Positions 58,199 to 64,000 of a DNA stretch of 64,000 nt are shown here, piece by piece. Made by a program: the position numbers and the translations under genes. Positions within the stretch are counted from its first letter, which is position 1; the number at the start of each line of letters is the position of its first letter. The notes beneath the pieces are model-generated. The model did not search any database. It was not told the origin of the DNA and saw only the letters and a list, made by a program, of their open reading frames with translations. This stretch comes from a virus (lineage: Duplodnaviria > Heunggongvirae > Uroviricota > Caudoviricetes): positions 114,589-178,588 of the IMG/VR virus record IMGVR_UViG_3300011202_000010; one strand, given 5' to 3'.

Positions 58199-58590
58199 GC
58201 TTTACTCCCACTTTTAGTTTGAGATTCTTTCCATTCTTTATATTGTAACTCAATGATGCTAAGACCACGCTCAAAAGTATCTTTCATATGATTAATAACT
58301 TCTTCTGGAATATCTGCCTTTTTCATACTGGCAATAAAAGAATCGTTATGCTTTTTGATTTCAATAATATCATCACTTGAAGCCATAATGCTTTGACTTA
58401 CTTCAAAAGATTCTGTTTTATTAGTGTTATAGAAATTCATAACTTTAACAGCCATCCAAGACATAAAGCCAGCATGGTTATAACCGATATTACGACATAA
58501 CATACCTGAAACATAATCATCTTTTCTACGTTTAATCTGATCAACAACATTTGATTCAACGTTAATGCTTGTGATTTCAATAGTATTCAT
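58195..58590 (-). CDS. Hypothetical protein (131 aa)
   Basis: ORF. TTGTGC-N17-TATAAT promoter at 58622-58650. Confidence 0.55.
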   Translation of the reverse strand: MNTIEITSINVESNVVDQIKRRKDDYVSGMLCRNIGYNHAGFMSWMAVKVMNFYNTNKTESFEVSQSIMASSDDIIEIKKHNDSFIASMKKADIPEEVINHMKDTFERGLSIIELQYKEWKESQTKSGSKA

Positions 58591-58621
58591 AATAAAGGTT
58601 CTCTCATTAAGTTAGGTTGTC

Positions 58622-58650
58622 ATTATAACAATTTATTCAGTTATGCACAA
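58622..58650 (-). promoter_or_regulatory. Promoter TTGTGCAT-N-TATAAT (17-nt spacer, TGT-extended -10)
   Basis: TTGTGCATAACTGAATAAATTGTTATAATGACAAC; drives 58195-58590. Confidence 0.55.
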
Positions 58651-58656
58651 GCTTTT

Positions 58657-59049
58657 TTAGATAATTTTGTTCTGACGTAGTTCCTTGAACACGTTGTTAA
58701 CCATTTCTTGTTTGTTTTTGAGTTCTTTATTATAGTATTTTTCATAATCGCTTTCTTCATGACCAACCAGACCGATTTTTTCTAATGAAGAAAGATAATT
58801 ACTACAGTATCCTAATACTTTTTTAAAGGTGATAGAATCTTGCTTAGAAAAAGAAATATCTTCACCATTGACTTTTTTGATTAGATTTTCAAAAAGAGTT
58901 CCTGTTTTTTCGGATTTTTCATTTGCTTTACGAATTTCTTCTTTAGCAAGATCTTCAGGGAAAATAACAGATACATCAATCTTATGCTTTTCAATGTTAT
59001 GAGCATAAAGAGTTTTCATCAGATTTAAGCCTTCAATAACATTTTTCAT
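58657..59049 (-). CDS. Hypothetical protein (130 aa from MKNVIEGL)
   Basis: Upstream cassette TATAAT ... AAAAAAAGAGGTTTTTAAA-ATG is identical to the one before 59097-59498. Confidence 0.5.
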   Translation of the reverse strand: MKNVIEGLNLMKTLYAHNIEKHKIDVSVIFPEDLAKEEIRKANEKSEKTGTLFENLIKKVNGEDISFSKQDSITFKKVLGYCSNYLSSLEKIGLVGHEESDYEKYYNKELKNKQEMVNNVFKELRQNKII

Positions 59050-59096
59050 TTTAAAAACCTCTTTTTTTAGAGCCTTTATTATACAACAAAGCATTC

Positions 59097-59498
59097 TTAA
59101 TGTGTAGAGAAAGGTACTTTTTTTATAGAAATAGTATGAATTGTATTAGAAAAGAAGCCAGCCTGATAAAATTTAAAGGCTATTTCTGGTGAAATAATTT
59201 TACTATATGAACCAGCATTACTGTAATGACACTTAAAATACTTTTTCAAGTTCTTCTCTAAATGTTTACATTGATCTCTAATCATCATTTCTTTAGACAT
59301 TTGATGGGAAGAGAGAAATACCATTAAGATGGTAGTTAAAATATGACCAATTTTACCAATAAAAGAGGCTTTTTTGAAAAGTCGTTTTTTGAAAGCTTTG
59401 TCTTCAGCATAAGATTGATTTTCTCTAATAATACACATAAGAAATTCTTTCGCTACGAGGTTGTTCTGGTGAACTTGTTGAATGGTCAGAATACTCAT
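59097..59498 (-). CDS. Hypothetical protein (133 aa), one predicted TM helix
   Basis: Same promoter/RBS cassette (TGCTATAATGACAAC ... AAAAAAAGAGGTTTTTAAA-ATG). Confidence 0.5.
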   Translation of the reverse strand: MSILTIQQVHQNNLVAKEFLMCIIRENQSYAEDKAFKKRLFKKASFIGKIGHILTTILMVFLSSHQMSKEMMIRDQCKHLEKNLKKYFKCHYSNAGSYSKIISPEIAFKFYQAGFFSNTIHTISIKKVPFSTH

Positions 59499-59589
59499 TT
59501 TAAAAACCTCTTTTTTTACTTAATGTTGTCATTATAGCAAAAAGCCTTCTTTGAAGAAAGCTTTTTGTTTAGAGATTTTTACTTAGTTT

Positions 59590-59799
59590 TTAATGCATCA
59601 CCATCATACCGACTGTATGGCAAATACAAGTACAAAGTTTTATCTTTTGAAGATTTTTTCTTATTACTTTATTTTGAGGTTCATCAACTAAAACTTTATA
59701 TTTACCTTCACCATATATTTCATCAAGCCCCTCTTTATTTAAACTTCCATCTACGTTTAGATACTTTCTGTAACATAAATCACAACATGCCATTACCAT
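59590..59799 (-). CDS. Small Cys-rich protein (69 aa); paralogue of 59810-60148
   Basis: MVMACCDLCYRKYLN...CTCICHTVGMMVMH: 7 Cys plus His, shared N- and C-terminal Cys motifs. Confidence 0.55.
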   Translation of the reverse strand: MVMACCDLCYRKYLNVDGSLNKEGLDEIYGEGKYKVLVDEPQNKVIRKNLQKIKLCTCICHTVGMMVMH

Positions 59800-59809
59800 T
59801 ATAATCTCC

Positions 59810-60148
59810 TTAATGAAGGACTGTCATGCCAATTATATGACAATCGCAACCACATAATTCTTGTTCTTTATTATCTATTTTAACTTTATATTTATACTCA
59901 AACTCTTTATCAAGTCCTTTTATATTATGGATATATTTACTTCCATTAGGTTTTACACCTCCTTCAACAAAAGAGTAATTATTTTCTCCATATATTTGAT
60001 CCATTATTGCTTTCTTATTGTAAGGTTTTTTCTCAATGATTAATTGATATTTATTTTTACCAAATATTTCGTCTAAACATTTTTTTGATACTTCGCCATC
60101 TTTATTTAAATATTTTTTATAACATAAGTTACAACAAGCCATTACCAT
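59810..60148 (-). CDS. Small Cys-rich protein (112 aa); paralogue of 59590-59799
   Basis: MVMACCNLCYKKYLN...CGCDCHIIGMTVLH. Confidence 0.55.
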   Translation of the reverse strand: MVMACCNLCYKKYLNKDGEVSKKCLDEIFGKNKYQLIIEKKPYNKKAIMDQIYGENNYSFVEGGVKPNGSKYIHNIKGLDKEFEYKYKVKIDNKEQELCGCDCHIIGMTVLH

Positions 60149-60195
60149 GATTATCTCCTCTTTTTGTTTATTATATCTTTAAAAAAATATAAAAA

Positions 60196-60222
60196 CAAAA
60201 AAAGAACCATCTCTGGTTCTTT
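60196..60222 (-). terminator. Intrinsic terminator
   Basis: AGAACCATCTCTGGTTCT hairpin flanked by A and T runs. Confidence 0.55.
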
Positions 60223-60225
60223 TTG

Positions 60226-60300
60226 TGGTGCCTAATGCAGGATTCGAACCCGCGACAAAGAATTTTAGGGACTCCCGTTCTACCGCTGAACTAATTAGGC
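60226..60300 (-). tRNA. tRNA with anticodon CUA (amber-reading/suppressor-type), class I, 75 nt with CCA
   Basis: Perfect acceptor GCCTAAT/ATTAGGC, D-arm GTTC-AGCGGTA-GAAC, anticodon stem GGAGT/ATTCT (two G-U pairs) with loop CCCTAAA (C33 is unusual), T-arm GCGGGTTCGAATCCTGC. Confidence 0.55.
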
Positions 60301-60381
60301 TTTTTAATTAACACCAGTGATCATACCTCAACAGGCGGTACTCAACACATGTCCCCATCCAGAGCCGCACTGGTATTAATT

Positions 60382-60457
60382 TGGTGGCCCTTGTTGGATT
60401 TGAACCAACGACCAATCGATTATGAGTCGACTGCTCTAACCACTGAGCTAAGGGGCC
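60382..60457 (-). tRNA. tRNA-Met (anticodon CAU), 76 nt with CCA
   Basis: Acceptor GGCCCCT/AAGGGCC (one C-A mismatch), anticodon stem GTCGA/TCGAT with loop CTCATAA, T-arm GTTGGTTCAAATCCAAC. Confidence 0.7.
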
Positions 60458-60460
60458 ATT

Positions 60461-60557
60461 CGGCGTACATAGGACTTGAACCTACAATCATCCGGTGGAT
60501 TAACAAGGTAATGAAACCTATACCGTTGGAATCGACTTCTTAAACAGTCGTGATACG
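60461..60557 (-). ncRNA. tRNA-like element, unresolved (about 97 nt)
   Basis: Canonical T-arm GTAGGTTCAAGTCCTAT and a 6-bp acceptor pairing (GCGTAT/GTACGC), but no clean D/anticodon fold and about 10 nt too long for a standard tRNA. Confidence 0.3.
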
Positions 60558-60559
60558 CA

Positions 60560-60646
60560 TGGTGCCTGAAGTGGGATTCGAACCCACAAGCCCTATATGG
60601 GCGGGAGATTTTAAGTCTCCTGTGTATACCATTCCACCATTCAGGC
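60560..60646 (-). tRNA. tRNA-Leu (anticodon UAA), class II with long variable arm, 87 nt with CCA
   Basis: Acceptor GCCTGAA/TTCAGGC, anticodon stem GGAGA/TCTCC with loop CTTAAAA, variable hairpin GCCC-ATATA-GGGC, T-arm GTGGGTTCGAATCCCAC. Confidence 0.75.
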
Positions 60647-60737
60647 ATAAAAGAGTGGGAGAACACTCTTTAATTAAATGAAAACTTTTAGCAGTACTTT
60701 TATTCACAATCACAACAACGCATATAGGAGACTATGC

Positions 60738-60814
60738 TGGTGGCCCTTGCTGGACTTGAACCAGCGACCAATCGATTATGAGTCGACTGCTCTGACCAAC
60801 TGAGCTAAAGGGCC
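60738..60814 (-). tRNA. tRNA-Met (anticodon CAU), second copy, 77 nt with CCA
   Basis: Acceptor GGCCCTT/AAGGGCC perfect. Anticodon arm identical to the 60382-60457 copy. T-arm GCTGGTTCAAGTCCAGC. Confidence 0.75.
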
Positions 60815-61032
60815 ATCTATTTACTTATTTTACTACTATTTTTTTTACAGTACAAGCTCTTTTTTACTTTATTTTAAAACAAGTTATTGATTTATAAAAC
60901 CTTATCTCGTTTCGATGAATATATAATACCAAATCAGATCTTGAAGTACAACTTTTTTTTCATCTTTTTTGTTTGTTTGATCGCTTTTTAAGCATAAAAT
61001 AAAAAACCACCTCGGAAGATGGCTTTATATTA

Positions 61033-61500
61033 TTATTTTACGAAAATAAGGTCTGATTCTTTGATATCAGCAATCATCGAGCCAGCGGCATATTGGAATT
61101 TAGATACTTGATCTACATATTCTTTTGAGCCATATTGAAGATTTCCAGAGTTTAACAGCGTTCTAGCTTCTTCTTGCTCTTTATACGCTTCCATACGAAG
61201 AGATAAATCATATACACACTCACCAGCATTGTTATGATGCTGACGAACTACGAAAGCTCGCATACCTTCATATTTCTTATTTAGGGGAGCAATATCAAAA
61301 ATTGCAAGCATTTCATCTTTGATTTCACCTACTTCAACTAAACTTCCAATACTAATTTTATGTATTTTTTTAATAGCTTTCGTTTCGGTTGATACTAAAA
61401 TGCCGTTTTCATATTTAGCAGTAATCATGTGTTCCATTTTTAGTCCTATATATGTTTCTTCAGAGAAGTTTATTATGACAACATATACTGTTAATTTCAA
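61033..61500 (-). CDS. Hypothetical protein (155 aa; start may be the internal MEHMITAKY)
   Basis: ORF overlapping the upstream gene by 4 nt. Confidence 0.5.
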   Translation of the reverse strand: MKLTVYVVIINFSEETYIGLKMEHMITAKYENGILVSTETKAIKKIHKISIGSLVEVGEIKDEMLAIFDIAPLNKKYEGMRAFVVRQHHNNAGECVYDLSLRMEAYKEQEEARTLLNSGNLQYGSKEYVDQVSKFQYAAGSMIADIKESDLIFVK

Positions 61501-62318
61501 GCTTTTTCTTCTGACATTAGTTCTTTTATTACTTTTTCAGAAATATCATCATACATATTACTAACTTCTTCTGTTTGCCAAAATGGGCGAAAATCTAACC
61601 CTTTTTGATCAAGAACTTTTGTCATTGCTACAATATAATCCAGATATTCAGGCATATTATAGGCAAATACTTTTTTAAGCTCTGGATTATTTTTTTGTTC
61701 TGGATCAGAGAGCATACGTAAATATTTACGGTTTCCTTCCAAATAATTTTTAGTGGATGTTCCATTAAGTTTCAACTTACGACCAAAACCAAAGGCATAG
61801 CTGTTATGCATTGTGCTTACAATGTTATTTCCCATTTCATGTGGTGCTTCTCCGCCTTTTTTTACTTCGCCATCTTCTGTGTAGAATACAGAAGTATGAT
61901 GATTCATAACTGTTGAATGTGATACATCAACAAAGCCAAAGAAAACATAGGAGTGAAGACCATTAATCAATGAAGGGACTTCAAGAAACATTATTTCTGA
62001 AATAATATCACTGCTGAAAATAGATTTATACAATTGTAATTCATTATTTCCTAAAATACCTTTTAAATCAGAATCGTTTAGGAATGAAAGATTTGGATTA
62101 TTGTAATGATCATAAGATGGTGTTAAAGTAATCTGATCACTGATTTCGATATCTGAAATGCTGTTATCAACATCAGACACTGAAATAGTTAAAGTGCTTT
62201 TAGAATAATTAGGAATAGCTAAAGATGAGGTAAAATGACCTAAAATAGCGGTATTGCGCTGACAAAGCACTGATGGATCAACAAAGAAGAGTTCAACCTG
62301 CTTAGCAATACTTTTCAT
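61497..62318 (-). CDS. Hypothetical protein (273 aa)
   Basis: ORF. Promoter TTGTGC-N17-TAGAAT at 62358-62386. Confidence 0.55.
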   Translation of the reverse strand: MKSIAKQVELFFVDPSVLCQRNTAILGHFTSSLAIPNYSKSTLTISVSDVDNSISDIEISDQITLTPSYDHYNNPNLSFLNDSDLKGILGNNELQLYKSIFSSDIISEIMFLEVPSLINGLHSYVFFGFVDVSHSTVMNHHTSVFYTEDGEVKKGGEAPHEMGNNIVSTMHNSYAFGFGRKLKLNGTSTKNYLEGNRKYLRMLSDPEQKNNPELKKVFAYNMPEYLDYIVAMTKVLDQKGLDFRPFWQTEEVSNMYDDISEKVIKELMSEEKA

Positions 62319-62357
62319 TTTTTAGCCTCATTAATCATATTTGATTTCAATAAAGCT

Positions 62358-62386
62358 ATTCTAGCAGAAAACATAGTTATGCACAA
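62358..62386 (-). promoter_or_regulatory. Promoter TTGTGCAT-N-TAGAAT (17-nt spacer)
   Basis: TTGTGCATAACTATGTTTTCTGCTAGAAT; drives 61497-62318. Confidence 0.5.
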
Positions 62387-62410
62387 GGATTTTAATGCTT
62401 AATCAAGATT

Positions 62411-62440
62411 AAAAAAGAGCACTCCGGGAAGTGCTCTTTC
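62411..62440. terminator. Intrinsic terminator
   Basis: AGAGCACTCCGGGAAGTGCTCT hairpin followed by TTCATT. Confidence 0.5.
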
Positions 62441-62459
62441 ATTAGAATAATAACTATTT

Positions 62460-62777
62460 TTATACTGCTTCTTTTACATCAATCCAGCTCAAACCTTCTT
62501 CTTCACTTACAGCTTTCATGAACGCTTTAAGGAAAGCATCGCTCTTTTCTTTTGAATCCATGTTGCAAGGCCATTCCATTCCAGTAAGCTTTTGAGCTAA
62601 TATCTCCTGAAACATTTCACGTTCTGCGGTATCAATACCATCAATTTCTATCATGCTTTTTTTAGCATATGAACCTTCAAGTAAATCATTAAGATAATCA
62701 TCGGTAGCTTTAATCTGCATCTTACCAAGGATTTTGTTCAGTTCATTAATCAATTTTGGTGATAGTTTTTTGCTCAT
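62460..62777 (-). CDS. Hypothetical protein (105 aa)
   Basis: ORF. Confidence 0.5.
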   Translation of the reverse strand: MSKKLSPKLINELNKILGKMQIKATDDYLNDLLEGSYAKKSMIEIDGIDTAEREMFQEILAQKLTGMEWPCNMDSKEKSDAFLKAFMKAVSEEEGLSWIDVKEAV

Positions 62778-62801
62778 AATATTCTCTTTTTGATAGGTTT
62801 A

Positions 62802-63431
62802 TTATTTATTCCAACGCTTAGCTACTTTTAAACATGCTTTACACGTCACTTCACTTACATACTGACCTTCATCATCGCCGGATGTTCTTTTTAGATCTAC
62901 CCATTCCTTACCATTGGTTCCCTTTTCTGTCGTACACAAAAAAGAACCTGATTTACGCTTAAAAGAACCTTCATGAATATCTTCTTCAAGCAATACATGA
63001 ATAACAGAACGACGATTAGTTCCATTACAATTGCTGTTCTCTGTTAATCCAGAGATTACTGATTTAAAACCACTCGTCCATTTTACAGGAATATGAAGCT
63101 TTTCATTAGCTTGCTTCGCCTTTTCTCTTACTGCTTTTTCTCTGGATTTTCTTTCAGCTTCTTCTTTTAAGCAAGATTTTTTAATAGCTGCTTCTCGTTC
63201 AACTTTTTCCTTTTCAACTTCTTCTTCTGTTTTACCTACTAAATGATAACTTCCCGGAATGATGATAACTTTTGTTCCAATGACTGGAAGTTCACCCTCA
63301 AGAAGATTTAATGTATCAATAGAGGTTTTCACTGTATTTTCAGAAATTACTTCTCCTTCTACAGCATCTCCTCTTACCTTAGAAGAAAACCAAAAAGGAC
63401 TTGGGAAAGCAGGCCATTTTAGAAGAAACAT
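62802..63431 (-). CDS. Hypothetical protein (209 aa), Cys-containing basic C-terminus
   Basis: ORF. Confidence 0.5.
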   Translation of the reverse strand: MFLLKWPAFPSPFWFSSKVRGDAVEGEVISENTVKTSIDTLNLLEGELPVIGTKVIIIPGSYHLVGKTEEEVEKEKVEREAAIKKSCLKEEAERKSREKAVREKAKQANEKLHIPVKWTSGFKSVISGLTENSNCNGTNRRSVIHVLLEEDIHEGSFKRKSGSFLCTTEKGTNGKEWVDLKRTSGDDEGQYVSEVTCKACLKVAKRWNK

Positions 63432-63480
63432 AATCTCACCTCATACCGTTATTATGACAATATGATATCATAAGAAGATG

Positions 63481-63510
63481 TAAAAAGCCACCCGAAGATG
63501 GCTTTTTATT
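63481..63510. terminator. Intrinsic terminator
   Basis: AGCCACCCGAAGATGGCT hairpin followed by TTTTATTTAATTT. Confidence 0.55.
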
Positions 63511-63517
63511 TAATTTA

Positions 63518-63928
63518 TTATTCTTCCTCACTAGGATTATCAATGGCATCTCTCGCGCCATCAGGAACCTTATTTTCCATCAACTGAAACTCTTTAAGTG
63601 GAGGAACGACAAAAGAGCTGCTCCCTTCTGCTTCATCAACATTAGCAATGAAATACATTCCACCAAATGTACTAAAGGCATAACCACCTTTATCCAAATC
63701 AAAGATATCAATATCACCAATATCGTCATGACCATGTTTTATATCAGACAGAAGCGCATGAGCTTCTTTGGAAATAGCAACACAACCTACATCAGCAACA
63801 ACATAACCAAGAGAACCTGTATCAAATGGCGTTGTTACAATATCATTACTTTCTTTCGTTTTATATTCTACTACGATGTGATTCTTATAAGTTGTTACTT
63901 CAGCATAGATAGGTTTAGTCATTATCAT
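63518..63928 (-). CDS. Hypothetical acidic protein (136 aa)
   Basis: ORF. Confidence 0.5.
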   Translation of the reverse strand: MIMTKPIYAEVTTYKNHIVVEYKTKESNDIVTTPFDTGSLGYVVADVGCVAISKEAHALLSDIKHGHDDIGDIDIFDLDKGGYAFSTFGGMYFIANVDEAEGSSSFVVPPLKEFQLMENKVPDGARDAIDNPSEEE

Positions 63929-64000
63929 CTCCAGTTTTTAAATTTAGAACCATATTTTAACAATAAGCGTAATCATAATCAATAAAAAAGGCTCTTAGGA

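Overview
This 64 kb window is AT-rich (roughly 30% GC by eye), gene-dense, and mostly transcribed on the minus strand. Its signals are bacterial or phage type: strong AGGAG-like Shine-Dalgarno sites, sigma70-like promoters, and many hairpin plus T-run intrinsic terminators, several of them bidirectional. I saw no rRNA, CRISPR array, integrase, transposase or recognisable phage structural gene. The content looks like an accessory or phage-like region.

What it contains:
- Tandem arrays of paralogous hypothetical genes: at least four copies of a 450-500 aa family flanking a GNAT acetyltransferase (1-5810), and three membrane-anchored paralogues (10360-13635).
- Eight genes with type IV prepilin-type N-termini (K-G-F-S-L-[LM]-E plus a hydrophobic helix). 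Three are giant (455-552 aa) and carry long serine-rich dipeptide repeats. Two tandem S1-like serine-protease lipoproteins and two tandem 530-aa polytopic GT-C-like membrane proteins sit beside them.
- A tRNA island (56.4-60.8 kb) with seven or eight minus-strand tRNAs: Phe, Arg(CCU), two Met(CAU), Leu(UAA), an atypical one, one with a CUA (amber-reading) anticodon, and a tRNA-like element. Two Cys-rich paralogues and a YfaE-like ferredoxin are interleaved.
- Auxiliary enzymes recognisable by motif: a beta-class N6-adenine DNA methyltransferase, a Nudix hydrolase, an N-terminally short RlmN/Cfr-like radical SAM enzyme, an M49 DPP-III-like metallopeptidase, a polysaccharide deacetylase, and a YqeY-like protein. 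Also a DUF262/ParB-like protein, an ankyrin-repeat protein, an SPFH protein, and a sensor-less methyl-accepting chemotaxis protein.
- At least nine minus-strand genes are preceded by one conserved promoter, TTGTGCAT-N-TATAAT, with an exact 17-nt spacer.
- Several unannotated small ORFs occur as paralogous pairs.

All functional calls rest on motifs read by eye. No database search was possible.
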